Source: a virus
Lineage: Duplodnaviria > Caudoviricetes
Reading direction: 5' to 3' (one strand)
DNA length: 64,000 nt
Virus record (IMG/VR): IMGVR_UViG_3300024520_004699
Coordinates: 1,275-65,274 of that record
The notes beneath the pieces were generated by a model that had not been told where the DNA came from, searched no databases, and saw only the letters and a program-made list of their open reading frames with translations. The stretch's first letter is position 1. Every line of letters starts with the position of its first letter. The position numbers and the translations under genes are program-made. Of this stretch, positions 44,937 through 55,331 are shown one piece after another.

Positions 44937-47372
44937 ATGGCACCTCTAAGCCCACAAAAAACTCCTCAATCTGAGGGCCAGTTTGGTGAAACCCCGGGCA
45001 ACATTACTCAGGCTGAATACTGGAGTGGGATTGAACAGGACACGCAAGACATCATCCGAGGGGGTGGTGGTCAGGCGGAGGTCGAATCTTATCTTCGCGA
45101 GAAAGGCGTAACCGCTGAAGAGGTTCTCCAACATACGATGACCTTCATGGAGAAGGCGGCAGACATGGCGACTGGTGCTTACGAGGGCATTAAAGGCATG
45201 GTTGTTGGAGAGCAAGACCCTGAGTTTGAGGGGGTTGAAGGCTTCACTGGACAGGGCTTTAACCCAAGGACTGCCTACAACATCCGACGAGCGAAGATGG
45301 TTGGAGTTTCTGACGAGGCTTATGGCAGACTTGTCAAAGAAGCTCTTGGAGCCCGTATGATAGGGGAGCCGGAGGAGGACAAGCATGGCAACGAAATCAT
45401 TACATACACCGACGACTATGGGGAAAAAAGACGCGAGTATATCAACTCTCCGGGTCTTGATGTTCGGGACGTAGACAGATTCCTCAGTCAGTCCATTCCT
45501 TATATCGTGAGCGGCACTGGGGTCGGCAAGCTGGTTAAAGGTGTTCCGATTGTGGGGCGCGGCATTGCTCAATTTTTTGGGCAGGGATTTACGAGCATGG
45601 CCCAAGATGTCGCGGCCAGTGACGAGGAGGGGCTTAGCTCTCTCGGAGATATAGACTTAACGAAGGCTGCCTACGCTGCTGGCGGAGCCCTGTTTGGCGA
45701 AGCGACGATGCCAGTATTCCGGTTTCTTAAGGAGGTGGTTAAAAAAGACCCCGGCCTGATTGATGCACAGACAGGTTCGCTTACCGCTCGTGGCGTGAAG
45801 GCCGTTGAAGATGCAGGGCTTGACCCATCGGAAGTAACCCCCGAGATGCTTAATGAGCTGACGGCACCAGACATAGTAAAAGGGCCCGATGATCCTCAAG
45901 CAGTTATGAGGGCGCAGAGCGATCAATTTGACACAACTTCTAGCGCAGGTCAGCGCACCAAAGACCCTGACCTGTTGCGTACCGAACACGACGCCAGATC
46001 GGGAACTATGGGCAGTGGAGCAAAGGGGGTGGCCCAAGAATTTGATGCCACTCAACGCTCACAGGTAGCTGCGGCAGTTGATACCCAGACACAACGTCTG
46101 GCTGGTGGGGCCGACGAAGCCGTTGAGGGATTTGAGGAGGCTGGCACTAATCTCCAGCAGGGTCTAAGCAGCGAAAAGGCAAGGGACGCAGCAAGAATAA
46201 CCAAAGCCTATAAAGACGTTGATGTTGACGCCATTTTCCCGGGCGGGATACCGCAAAAATCATTCGATGATCTGGGTGTAAGAATCCGCGAAGGCCTCGG
46301 CACTCAGAATATTACTACCGATCTGAAGGAGACGACCAAGGCCCTTGATATGCTCGCGGACTTCATGGAAGGCAAGGTGCGTGAGCCCACATCAAAACTT
46401 CTAAAGGCTGGTGGGCCGCCCCGGAAGATGAACTTCTATGACATTCGCAAAAATATAAATGAACACGTTGGAGATGCCTTGGCCGTTAAGAGGGCGACCG
46501 GCAAAGGGGCTGACTACCGAGCTGTGGCTAAGGTCAAGACGGCCTACAATGAATGGATTCAAAGTCTTGCGGACGGTGCTTTGGAAAACGCAAACCCTGA
46601 ACAATTTGCGCTGCTGCAGAAGGCCATTGGCATTACGGCAAAGGCCAAGAAAAGGTTTGAAGTTAGCGGCAAGAATGATGCTGCAGGGAAGATGATAAAA
46701 AAGATTATGGAGGCTGCCGATTCTCCAGAGGGCGCAATTAACAAAATCTTTTCGTCTGCATTTAAAACCTCACCGAAGGACGGGGCGAGGACCGCTCTAA
46801 TCCGGATGAAGGGCATTCTAGAAAAAGAACAGCCGGAAGCATGGCATGCAATGAGGCAGGCTTATTGGCTTAAGCTGGCTCGACAGAATCATATTTTCAG
46901 AAATGCCCAAAAAATCACTCGGGTTGATATGGACACTGCTCTCGGTCAGATTTCTACCAACATCGAAAATGCTTTTAATCATCAGTCATCCATGCTGAAA
47001 ATTCTCTATTCAAAGGAGGAGCTTAATCGCATGAGATCGTTTGGCCTTATGGCGAGGCGCAATCAGTCGGTTAATCTCAACCCATCGGGCACGGCAACTG
47101 AGCTGATGATGCTGCAGAGGAGAATGCGGGATAATGTCCTCACTAATTTACTGAGGCGTCAGGCTATGAGTGCTCAGCTTGCGCGGAAATCCGTAGAAGC
47201 TGTTTGGTGGCGTGTAATGAAGAATAAAGCCGTCTCTATATTGGGTGCCCACGGGGAGGGGATCGCCGCTAGGCAAATGGGGAAGGCATTCTCAGGAAGG
47301 CTTCCAAAAAGACGTGGGCCCGGAGGCGGTGGTCTGGGTGGAGCCATTGGATCGGAGTATGGCAGTGAGTAA
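44937..47372 (+). CDS. large internal virion / ejection protein
   Basis: 811 aa, helical; YINSPGLD and NPSGTA motifs. Confidence 0.6.
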   Translation: MAPLSPQKTPQSEGQFGETPGNITQAEYWSGIEQDTQDIIRGGGGQAEVESYLREKGVTAEEVLQHTMTFMEKAADMATGAYEGIKGMVVGEQDPEFEGVEGFTGQGFNPRTAYNIRRAKMVGVSDEAYGRLVKEALGARMIGEPEEDKHGNEIITYTDDYGEKRREYINSPGLDVRDVDRFLSQSIPYIVSGTGVGKLVKGVPIVGRGIAQFFGQGFTSMAQDVAASDEEGLSSLGDIDLTKAAYAAGGALFGEATMPVFRFLKEVVKKDPGLIDAQTGSLTARGVKAVEDAGLDPSEVTPEMLNELTAPDIVKGPDDPQAVMRAQSDQFDTTSSAGQRTKDPDLLRTEHDARSGTMGSGAKGVAQEFDATQRSQVAAAVDTQTQRLAGGADEAVEGFEEAGTNLQQGLSSEKARDAARITKAYKDVDVDAIFPGGIPQKSFDDLGVRIREGLGTQNITTDLKETTKALDMLADFMEGKVREPTSKLLKAGGPPRKMNFYDIRKNINEHVGDALAVKRATGKGADYRAVAKVKTAYNEWIQSLADGALENANPEQFALLQKAIGITAKAKKRFEVSGKNDAAGKMIKKIMEAADSPEGAINKIFSSAFKTSPKDGARTALIRMKGILEKEQPEAWHAMRQAYWLKLARQNHIFRNAQKITRVDMDTALGQISTNIENAFNHQSSMLKILYSKEELNRMRSFGLMARRNQSVNLNPSGTATELMMLQRRMRDNVLTNLLRRQAMSAQLARKSVEAVWWRVMKNKAVSILGAHGEGIAARQMGKAFSGRLPKRRGPGGGGLGGAIGSEYGSE

Positions 47373-47654
47373 TCAGAAAAACATAAAACCGAAGAACAGA
47401 GCGATTGCAAGCGGAGCCATGGGCTCTGCTATCTCTAAATTCATGTTCGGGCTTCCTCCGCGTTCTGCACGAAATGTCATTCTATATGCTGAGAGGCTCA
47501 AGCATGGGAGAAGAATGATTGTCAGAAGTGCCACGAACCCAGCTGCCCGGCCCCCGCTCAAGAATGCCACGATGCATATGGAAATCAGACACACGAAGTT
47601 GATGGCCACCAAGGACAGGGCCCACTGTTTTGCCAAGCTCAACGCTGGTCTCAT
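47373..47654 (-). CDS. small membrane protein (antisense moron)
   Basis: Three hydrophobic segments; fills the gap between structural genes on the opposite strand. Confidence 0.5.
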   Translation of the reverse strand: MRPALSLAKQWALSLVAINFVCLISICIVAFLSGGRAAGFVALLTIILLPCLSLSAYRMTFRAERGGSPNMNLEIAEPMAPLAIALFFGFMFF

Positions 47655-47682
47655 GGAGGCTACCTCTAAAGGATAATATCTA

Positions 47683-49083
47683 ATGGCACAGAGATTTTAC
47701 AACCCTTTGACGCAGATAGTCGACAGTGCGGGCGTTCCGTTGAGCGGTGCCCAGCTGTTCTTCTACGAAACAGGAACATCCACGAAGTTGGACACATATT
47801 CCGATGAACCCCTGTCGTCTGCAAATGCCAACCCGGTTGTGCTGGATAGCCTCGGCAGGCTCCCGAGCGATGTCTGGCTAAAAAACCAAGACTATAAAGT
47901 GGTGCTCGCTCCGTCGACCGACACGGATCCTCCGACGTCTGCGATCTGGACTGCGGATCCGGTGCGCAGCTCCGACTTTGACACTTTCGAGAAGATGACG
48001 GTTGGCGATGGAGACCCGAATGGCAGCGTGGCTGGCACAGCCTCGTCGGCTGGCGTCCTTCCTGATGTGTATTGGGACTTCACAAACGACATTCTCTACT
48101 ACTGCACGACGACCGGCAATGCAGCTGCAGCCGTCTGGACGGCGCTCAATGCAGCCTCTGCGACTGCCGCAGTTCCTAGCCCTCAGGGCCGTCTGACTGT
48201 GACGTCAGGGGTTCCTGTCATCTCGACAGACTCTCCGGACAAAGCTTCCGTATTTTATATGCCATACACTGGGAATCTGATCCCCATCTACAATGGTACG
48301 TCCTTCATTCCCACCACATTTGCAGAGCTGACCTTGACCCTCGTTGCCGGGCACGCCAGCGGCAACATCTATGATGTGTATGTCTGGTCAGAGTCTGGCG
48401 TTGTCACCATAGGCACATCTCCTGTGTGGTCGACCATTACTGCCGGTTCAGGAGCGAGGGGAACCGGGGCCAGCACTGCTGAGTTAGCGCGGGTCCAAGG
48501 CATGCTTGTCAACGCAAACGCAATGACCATGACCAACTCCACCAACACATTCAGTGTTGGGGCTAATCTCGGCACGTATGTTGGAACAATACTCATGTCC
48601 GCGAACGGTCAGGTGTCCTGCGACACGGCTTTTGGACAGTCGAAGGAATGGGGCGTTTGGAACGCCTATAATCGCAAGCCGATTGTAATATTGATAGGCG
48701 ATGCCACAGCCACTTGGGCCTATGCCACTGGAACCATCCGGCAGTCTCGTGCAACAGCTGGCAATGCCCTCATAGTTCTTACAGGCCTTGCAGAAGAGTG
48801 GGTCGACTTGGACTTCAGACAAAAATTTGTCTCTAGCAATGCCGCAACAACTGCAGCAATAGGAATTGGGGTTAACTCGACGACGGCATTTTCTGGCCAA
48901 GCTGGTGGCGGCGGATCCACCCCCGGGGGCAGTCACGGAGTTCTCTTGTCTGCACGGCACATGCTTCCACCGGGCCTTGGTCTCAACAACATCAATGCCT
49001 GCGAAATAGGAAGTGGTGCTGGCACCAACACATTCAACGGCGGACAAGAAAACATGCAGCTCGTTGCAAAATATCTGGGCTGA
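47683..49083 (+). CDS. tailspike/fiber with an N-terminal head-binding-like domain
   Basis: PLSGAQLFFYETGTST..ANPVVLDSLGR N-terminus; PQGRLT..WNAYNRKP. Confidence 0.75.
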   Translation: MAQRFYNPLTQIVDSAGVPLSGAQLFFYETGTSTKLDTYSDEPLSSANANPVVLDSLGRLPSDVWLKNQDYKVVLAPSTDTDPPTSAIWTADPVRSSDFDTFEKMTVGDGDPNGSVAGTASSAGVLPDVYWDFTNDILYYCTTTGNAAAAVWTALNAASATAAVPSPQGRLTVTSGVPVISTDSPDKASVFYMPYTGNLIPIYNGTSFIPTTFAELTLTLVAGHASGNIYDVYVWSESGVVTIGTSPVWSTITAGSGARGTGASTAELARVQGMLVNANAMTMTNSTNTFSVGANLGTYVGTILMSANGQVSCDTAFGQSKEWGVWNAYNRKPIVILIGDATATWAYATGTIRQSRATAGNALIVLTGLAEEWVDLDFRQKFVSSNAATTAAIGIGVNSTTAFSGQAGGGGSTPGGSHGVLLSARHMLPPGLGLNNINACEIGSGAGTNTFNGGQENMQLVAKYLG

Positions 49084-49125
49084 GACCTATCAACTGAAAA
49101 CACGGAATGATGAGACACACATCCA

Positions 49126-49374
49126 TTGAAGCTACTTTATGCTGCAGTCATTTGGAAATCGTTGGTCCCTTTAGGCGATGGGCAGCTGGCAGACATTCGC
49201 GGGCCATATCTGAGTATGGAAAAATGCAAGACTAGACTGCCACTATTGGTGGAAACGGTAATCGCAGTATCTGGGATGTACGTCATTATGGAGCTTGGCT
49301 GTTACCCCATGAAAGAGTGGAAAGACAAAGGATTTGACGTCAGCGTTTGGGAGACAGAGAGAAGGGAAGTGTGA
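49126..49374 (+). CDS. hypothetical protein
   Basis: GPY.S.EKC motif; TTG start. Confidence 0.4.
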   Translation: MKLLYAAVIWKSLVPLGDGQLADIRGPYLSMEKCKTRLPLLVETVIAVSGMYVIMELGCYPMKEWKDKGFDVSVWETERREV

Positions 49375-49706
49375 TGTATAAGACCTTGCTAAAAGTAGGA
49401 GCCGGGGCCACCGCCTTGGCGGCTATATTCATCGTCTGGATAAATGTTGGCGGTCCACTGCCCGCTACAGTGCGGATGGTCGGCAACCTCGAGGTCAAGG
49501 TGGATGGCAACAAGGCTGAGGCTTTGGAAACCACGATACTCGTTCTGGAAAATGAGGTTGATAACCTGTCTCTCAGGGAGGGCAAATTCGACGGCGTGGC
49601 CAAGACCGAATCAATCGCAGTGCAGGTGCAGAGGATTGTACGTCAGAGGTTGCGCTATCAGTACAAGCTGGATGTGGCCAAAAAGAAAAGGGACAAACTC
49701 AGATGA
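49374..49706 (+). CDS. membrane-anchored coiled-coil protein
   Basis: N-terminal TM segment, upstream of the lysis genes. Confidence 0.5.
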   Translation: MYKTLLKVGAGATALAAIFIVWINVGGPLPATVRMVGNLEVKVDGNKAEALETTILVLENEVDNLSLREGKFDGVAKTESIAVQVQRIVRQRLRYQYKLDVAKKKRDKLR

Positions 49707-49915
49707 AACGCGTTAAGGAAAAGCTCCATCCTGAATGGCCGAGGCTTTTACGGCATGCGTGGAGTGTTCGCCTAATTATCCTCGCTGCGTTCCTATCGGG
49801 GATCGAGGTCGCGTTGCCCTTCATGTTTGATAGCCTGCCCGTTCCCGCTGGGGCGTTCGCTGCAATCTCAGGCGTGGTAACAGCTGCCGCGCTGGTCGCA
49901 AGGATCATGATATGA
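49703..49915 (+). CDS. holin
   Basis: Two TM segments (RHAWSVRLIILAAFLSG), directly before the lysozyme. Confidence 0.7.
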   Translation: MKRVKEKLHPEWPRLLRHAWSVRLIILAAFLSGIEVALPFMFDSLPVPAGAFAAISGVVTAAALVARIMI

Positions 49916-50493
49916 CCAAAATGAAAAGCCGCCTGAAAAAGAGCGCGGCTGTAATGACCATTGTTGTCGGGTCCGTGTCGGCATCCGAGGGTGTCCGCCT
50001 CGTTGCCTACAAGGACACGATAGGCACCGGCCAGCCATGGACCGTCTGCTTCGGTGAGACGCGAGGCGTCAAGGCTGGCGATGTGTATACGATGGATCAG
50101 TGCAAGACCATGCTAGGCAACGCGCTGGTGAGCTACGAGACGGGGATGAGGCGGTGCCTCAAGACACCCGACAAGGTGCCTGACGGGCCATATATCGCCT
50201 CCCTGAGCCTATCCTACAATATAGGGGTGGCCGCGTTCTGCCGCAGTTCCGTGCGAAAGAACCTTGATGCAGGCAACTGGGGAAAAGCATGTGACAGCCT
50301 TCTTTTGTGGAATCGCGCTGGAGGTCGCAGAGTGCAAGGGCTTGCCAACCGCCGCCAGCATGAGAGAAAGATCTGTCTCGATCCGAAGCTACAAACTGCG
50401 TCAGTCTCAAAAAAGATTGATGAAATCGAGGAGGGCCCGCCTGCACAAGTGCCTTCCAAACCCAAGAAGCGTAGGTGGAGGTTCTGGCTATGA
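49912..50493 (+). CDS. GH24 phage lysozyme (endolysin)
   Basis: E-x8-D-x7-T catalytic region (SEGVRLVAYKDT..WTVCFGET), SLSYNIG, GLANRR. Confidence 0.9.
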   Translation: MTKMKSRLKKSAAVMTIVVGSVSASEGVRLVAYKDTIGTGQPWTVCFGETRGVKAGDVYTMDQCKTMLGNALVSYETGMRRCLKTPDKVPDGPYIASLSLSYNIGVAAFCRSSVRKNLDAGNWGKACDSLLLWNRAGGRRVQGLANRRQHERKICLDPKLQTASVSKKIDEIEEGPPAQVPSKPKKRRWRFWL

Positions 50494-50822
50494 GTGCTTT
50501 TCTGGACTGGCTCCCTCTGATCTTGTCGATTGTCGGCGTTATCGGCGTTGCCGGTGTGCTCCTGCTGCTCGGCATGTGGCCTGTCGTTGCGTCCTTCCTT
50601 ATCGGTACAAAGCTCGGTAGGATCATTCTGGTCATTGGTGCCTTTCTGCTCGCTCTGTTCTGGGCATACATCTCAGGCAAGAGGACAGGTGCCAAACGTG
50701 AGATTGGCAAGCAGAAAGTCCGCAACTTTAGAGCGGCACAAAAAAGGGTAAACAGTGATGCAAAAATTCGGACTATGCCTATGGCTAAGCGTCGGGCTGA
50801 GCTTGCTAAGTGGGTGCGCTAG
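50490..50822 (+). CDS. inner-membrane spanin-like lysis protein
   Basis: TM segments plus basic coiled C-terminus, after the endolysin. Confidence 0.55.
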   Translation: MSAFLDWLPLILSIVGVIGVAGVLLLLGMWPVVASFLIGTKLGRIILVIGAFLLALFWAYISGKRTGAKREIGKQKVRNFRAAQKRVNSDAKIRTMPMAKRRAELAKWVR

Positions 50823-51006
50823 TGGGCTTGTTGATGCGGGCGTAGGGTCCAAGGCCATCTACCCCACGAAGAAAGACGCGGTTGTCGTTTCTGACAGTCT
50901 GGCCACACAGCTGCTTGAGCATAATACGTGGTGCGCGGATCAGCCGAAATGCCAGAAGCTCAATCCCAAGACAGGCAAGTGGGAGCCGGAGTTTCCAAAA
51001 AAATAA
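50755..51006 (+). CDS. outer-membrane spanin lipoprotein
   Basis: Lipobox LSGC; overlaps the i-spanin 3' end. Confidence 0.6.
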   Translation: MMQKFGLCLWLSVGLSLLSGCASGLVDAGVGSKAIYPTKKDAVVVSDSLATQLLEHNTWCADQPKCQKLNPKTGKWEPEFPKK

Positions 51007-51325
51007 AGCGGGGGCCTTTTATCCTGATAGGTCTGTTTGATTTGCAATTCGTTCCAGCAGCAATTCAATCCGTCGCAACGTCGATAAGACTTTTGCCTCC
51101 AGAGCGGCTGCTTCGCGATGACGGATTTCTTGATTAGCGTCTCTTGCCCCTTGGTTCATATCGGGCCTAATTTCCTGTCTCGGTTGGCGTGATTGTAAAA
51201 CCCAGTAGCGCCAGCGCGGTTAGTATTTGCAAGGCAGCAGTGCGCGGTCCCGGCAACCCCGGCCATACGCTGTCAAGAGCCTCTATCATCGCTCGGTGCT
51301 TTTCTTGCTGGTTCATCAGTCGGGC

Positions 51326-51511
51326 CTATTTTCCTATTTTCCTGCTTAACGCCTGCTCGGCAATTTCAACAATACGTGGATCATTGTTTTTGATGACCTC
51401 TAGTATGAACCGCAGCCGCTCTATCTCGTCTGCTAACTGCTTGACCAATGACCAGCCAACTAAGCCTTCTTTCACAAAGACACGCGCTTCATCTACTATG
51501 CTGTCCATCAA
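51326..51511 (-). CDS. hypothetical protein
   Basis: ADEIERLR motif typical of phage small proteins. Confidence 0.45.
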   Translation of the reverse strand: MMDSIVDEARVFVKEGLVGWSLVKQLADEIERLRFILEVIKNNDPRIVEIAEQALSRKIGK

Positions 51512-51591
51512 TCGGGCCTTTATTGCACTTCTCTGTGCCCACCATCGAGCGCCGCATAACCTAGTTCAATGCGGGCCTTTGTTGCCGGGTA

Positions 51592-51867
51592 TCATTCAAT
51601 CTCGCTGCAGCGTCTTTGGTTGCAGGCGTAAACAATGCGCCCCTCCGGCTTGATATCCCACCTGACAATGTACTCCCTGATCGCCTTATATTGTTCCGGC
51701 TTTAGGCTCTCGTATTTGCCGACCGGCACGCAGGTTTGTTTGTTGGTGTTGTGGGCTTCGGCCATGGCATCAGCTGTCACCTGACACTCTTCACAGGTGT
51801 TGCCCTCAGCAATCCCCCATGAGGACACCGCCGCCCAAACTACGATAGCTGCAACACAGCTTGTCAT
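51592..51867 (-). CDS. hypothetical secreted Cys-rich protein
   Basis: Signal-like N-terminus. Confidence 0.45.
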   Translation of the reverse strand: MTSCVAAIVVWAAVSSWGIAEGNTCEECQVTADAMAEAHNTNKQTCVPVGKYESLKPEQYKAIREYIVRWDIKPEGRIVYACNQRRCSEIE

Positions 51868-51868
51868 C

Positions 51869-52285
51869 TTATTTCTCCGGATTGTTGGCCTTGGACAGCT
51901 TGGCAAAAATACGCATGCAAGTGCCCTCGACAACCTCTACATCGTGCAGCTTTTTCTCGTGCATCTTGAGCCCAAGCCTGACGACATTGCAGACCACCAG
52001 ACAGATAGCAGCCTTGGTCCCCTCTAGGTGAGGATCTCCAGTCGGATCTGGAGGGCCGAAGTCCTTTATAATATCCCAGTATTCTGGTGGGAGCACATCG
52101 ACAAGATCTCCACGCTTGTGGTCAGTCTTGAGTTTCTGGATTGCCTCGTAGGATGGCACTGATCCAATTGCCAAGACGTTGTCGTTGCGCAGCAATTTTG
52201 GGGTCTCATCAGACTCAGCGCTGGCTACGAGCTTCTTGACGTCGAGGTGATCCGGATCTTTCGTTTGGGTATTCATTCCTTCCAC
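51869..52285 (-). CDS. hypothetical protein
   Basis: Coupled ORF in the leftward operon. Confidence 0.5.
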   Translation of the reverse strand: MEGMNTQTKDPDHLDVKKLVASAESDETPKLLRNDNVLAIGSVPSYEAIQKLKTDHKRGDLVDVLPPEYWDIIKDFGPPDPTGDPHLEGTKAAICLVVCNVVRLGLKMHEKKLHDVEVVEGTCMRIFAKLSKANNPEK

Positions 52286-52938
52286 TTCCTGTCGTTCTCC
52301 TCAAGGCGATCTGTCTCTGCGTTCCTCACCGCAGCCTGAACCAGCTCCTTGAACTCCGGGCTGTCTATATTCACCATGCGTGGAGGCAGGCCCTTTACGG
52401 GGCCATGATCTACCGGGGGGGCAGGAATATACGGAGCATCCGCCTCAGCCTCAGGATTTTCTATCCTGTTTGCCAGCTCAGTTGCGGCTTCATCGATGGG
52501 TAATGCAGGAGGCACCGAAGAACCAAGGCCCATGTTGTCTAATCCACGCTGAAGCCCAGACACAGCGCGCGCTGGCGGCTTGCTGGGGGGTGGAGGTCTG
52601 CTGGGCGTTTGCTGCTCCCGCTGCTTCTTCAGAAACTCCTGATGTTTCTTGTGTAGATATCTCTCGCGATTTTCTAACGCGATTTTGATTTGAGGTGCGG
52701 GGAGCCTCGTTGGAATCCTGATCTGCCCAATCGACAGTGCTGAGTGGGCCACGGCCAAGACACTGATGGCGAAGAAGGCTGCAGAGCTGAGGGTGTCGAT
52801 AAATCTCCAGCCTTCACCATAAAAATGATTTACCGCCGATATCAGGGCAGTGACAAAGAAGGCCGCGCCGATCATGGCCACCGGCTTCCAGACGGGTGTT
52901 TCTTTTGTGGGGATGACAGTTAACAGCATGGACTTCAA
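52273..52938 (-). CDS. membrane protein with a Pro-rich tail
   Basis: Two TM segments. Confidence 0.5.
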   Translation of the reverse strand: MKSMLLTVIPTKETPVWKPVAMIGAAFFVTALISAVNHFYGEGWRFIDTLSSAAFFAISVLAVAHSALSIGQIRIPTRLPAPQIKIALENRERYLHKKHQEFLKKQREQQTPSRPPPPSKPPARAVSGLQRGLDNMGLGSSVPPALPIDEAATELANRIENPEAEADAPYIPAPPVDHGPVKGLPPRMVNIDSPEFKELVQAAVRNAETDRLEENDRKWKE

Positions 52939-53128
52939 TCCTTTTGAAGGTAGGGTCGAGGAGGAGGAGAATGACGATTAAGATCGACGGGGACTCCCCT
53001 CCTCCTCTAGGGTACAGCTTGAGTCGTAAAGTGCAGTATCCCGAGATTGCCCCCGGGTGGCTTCACACGTTATGTGTTCTCTGAACTCCAAATTATAAGC
53101 AGATTTTTGGGGAGATTGCAACTCATAG

Positions 53129-53875
53129 TTACCACCGAGAATGCAGGACCATCTGCGGCAGCTCACCATTTGCCAGCCAGTAGGAATCTACAACCCACTG
53201 TTTCTTCGTTGTTTTATCAAGGATCCTCGCCCCCCAGTGCGCCAGCGGAAAACCCTTCCAGACTGGAGACATGATAGAATGGTAACGCAAAAGATTATTA
53301 TCACGCATGATGCTCAGGTAGCTGATCACGTTGGTGGTTTCGTCTACGCAGTCCAGCTGTCCGCTGACGCCAGACCACTGCCATCCGGATCCGGCCTTGT
53401 CACCGCAGGTGCCGGTGGATTTGCAGACCTGACGTTCGGCCCATGCAATTGCACGTCGGATATTTGCTCGTTCATCTGCCGGTGTCTTTGCCACCGACAT
53501 AATCCCCTGAAGGGCATGCAGATCATTCCTGCTGAATCGGTATCTGGATGATTGCTGGCAGCCATGGGCGTGGCAGATGTAGGCGGTGTTCTTCCTTGGA
53601 GGCTTGCCGCGACCCTCGGTGATGTCCAAGTAGTAGATCTCCATCTCCCGGGTTTTCTCCGCGCCGAGCGTTTCGGAGATGGCTATGACCATGAAGGCCA
53701 GACCAAAGATGATGGCAAAAATCACAGAAATCATCGTCCATATGACCGTGCCCACGTATGCAACTTCCCCCCACCATCTGTCCTGATTTCGCGTCGCCCA
53801 CTTGCCCATGTGGTCTACAATTATGAGCGGCACTACGAGAACGGTTACTCCTAAAGCAAACAACGCAAGGTTCAT
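53129..53875 (-). CDS. membrane-anchored papain/transglutaminase-like Cys-His-Asp protein
   Basis: TM segments, then CHAHGC..GQLDCVDETTN..HWGA..VVDSYW. Confidence 0.55.
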   Translation of the reverse strand: MNLALFALGVTVLVVPLIIVDHMGKWATRNQDRWWGEVAYVGTVIWTMISVIFAIIFGLAFMVIAISETLGAEKTREMEIYYLDITEGRGKPPRKNTAYICHAHGCQQSSRYRFSRNDLHALQGIMSVAKTPADERANIRRAIAWAERQVCKSTGTCGDKAGSGWQWSGVSGQLDCVDETTNVISYLSIMRDNNLLRYHSIMSPVWKGFPLAHWGARILDKTTKKQWVVDSYWLANGELPQMVLHSRW

Positions 53876-53879
53876 GACA

Positions 53880-54305
53880 TCACTTCCATCTGGCCCCCGC
53901 CCCTTTTTGGAATGGCCTGCCCGGTATCTTCTGCTTCTTCTTTTTTTTGGTTTCACCCCTCAGGCGCTTCACCTTGGCAATGGCGTGTTTGTCGGATCCG
54001 AGAGTGGTGTGCGGCTTGCCATCCGTCTTCTTCTTATGACACTTTGCATGAAGATAGCGGCAATTCTCAGGCGTGTCTGAACCGCCAATTGCGAGCGGTA
54101 TGAAATGGTCTCGGTGGATGTTTCGTTTTATCCGGGCCTGTCCGATGGTGATGGGCTCACCACAGTCGTCACAACAGATCGCCGCGCCTTGGTGCAGGAG
54201 CGTCAGGATGATCTCTCGCTCACTGAAGGTTCGTCTTTTCGATTTTGGCAATCCCAAGCCCCTCCCTGATGACCTCCAGATCTTTCCTAATCTCGATAAT
54301 TGCAT
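53880..54305 (-). CDS. HNH endonuclease
   Basis: CDDCG..DHFIPLAIGGSDTPENCRYLHAKCHKKKT. Confidence 0.8.
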   Translation of the reverse strand: MQLSRLGKIWRSSGRGLGLPKSKRRTFSEREIILTLLHQGAAICCDDCGEPITIGQARIKRNIHRDHFIPLAIGGSDTPENCRYLHAKCHKKKTDGKPHTTLGSDKHAIAKVKRLRGETKKKKKQKIPGRPFQKGAGARWK

Positions 54306-54370
54306 TTTTGTTTGCCACTATCACCACTAAGATTATGGCGAGCAATACAGTGATGAGCGCTCGGTCGAGA

Positions 54371-54715
54371 TTATTCATTTATTCGCTCCGACGTCAGCGA
54401 ATAAACTCGCGTCATTCGAGCGTGGCTTTTTGCATCCCGCATGTTGACAAATCTTTCCGTGGGGAAGAGGAGACCTCTTTTGATGGCGGTGCGTATTAAT
54501 GCACCCCATGCATTGTGATGATGCGGCACTATTCCACTGGCTTGAAGGGAGATGCGAATATCTTCTCCGGTGGCATATTGTCGGAGCATGCCTTTAATTG
54601 CAGACAGCCCCAAATCTATAAAATCACCAGAATTATCTGATACCTGCTCCATGCTTTCGTCTCTTCGGGCCTTGCCTTCAAGTAAATCCAATTGAAGTTC
54701 GCTCATTCGCCCCAT
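54371..54715 (-). CDS. hypothetical winged-helix-like protein
   Basis: TGEDIR..PHHHNAWGAL..SHAR..VY. Confidence 0.55.
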   Translation of the reverse strand: MGRMSELQLDLLEGKARRDESMEQVSDNSGDFIDLGLSAIKGMLRQYATGEDIRISLQASGIVPHHHNAWGALIRTAIKRGLLFPTERFVNMRDAKSHARMTRVYSLTSERINE

Positions 54716-54759
54716 GTCACACCTCCTCCTTCAACTCCCAAGCCTCCTTTTTCATGCCT

Positions 54760-55095
54760 TTATTCCTGCTTTGCCATGATCGCACCAGCAAGCGGCTGTT
54801 CGTGCAAATATGGTTCCATCCGGTCGGGTTTGACCTTTGCATATTTCTCAATACTTGCGGCTTTCAGATCGCCACGCTTGACCATCATTGTAATGACCGC
54901 ACTCACATCGCCAATTTCACGCTCAAGGTCTTTACGGTTTGTCGCATGAAAGTCATCCTCGGTGTAGGGATGATAATTCTCATAGCCGTGGCGCAATATC
55001 TTGCTGACGGCTTGGATGATCTCCGCACATTCCTCAGAGAGAATAGCCAGCCTCTCAGCTTCGGCGGCGGATAGATCATTGAATGGGTCGCTCAT
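54760..55095 (-). CDS. MazG-like nucleotide pyrophosphohydrolase
   Basis: LSEECAEIIQAVSKILRHG..LEREIGDV. Confidence 0.75.
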   Translation of the reverse strand: MSDPFNDLSAAEAERLAILSEECAEIIQAVSKILRHGYENYHPYTEDDFHATNRKDLEREIGDVSAVITMMVKRGDLKAASIEKYAKVKPDRMEPYLHEQPLAGAIMAKQE

Positions 55096-55330
55096 TATTT
55101 TTTCCTTCACTCTTTTTTTCTGCCCGCTTTGCATCCTCTTCCTTGGCCAGCTTCAAGCTCCGTTTATGTTCAAGCAGGGTTTTCGCCCAGCCAGTCAGCT
55201 TGTAAGGCTTAACATCTATGCCAGCGGCCATCGCCTCCAGATCGCTCCAGCGCATGGCGTTGATAACGCGAGCCACTGAATTTAGGGTTGGGGCCTCGTC
55301 TTCGTGCCCATCAACATAATAAATTCCCAT
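55076..55330 (-). CDS. hypothetical protein
   Basis: Coupled ORF. Confidence 0.5.
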   Translation of the reverse strand: MGIYYVDGHEDEAPTLNSVARVINAMRWSDLEAMAAGIDVKPYKLTGWAKTLLEHKRSLKLAKEEDAKRAEKKSEGKNNERPIQ

Positions 55331-55331
55331 G

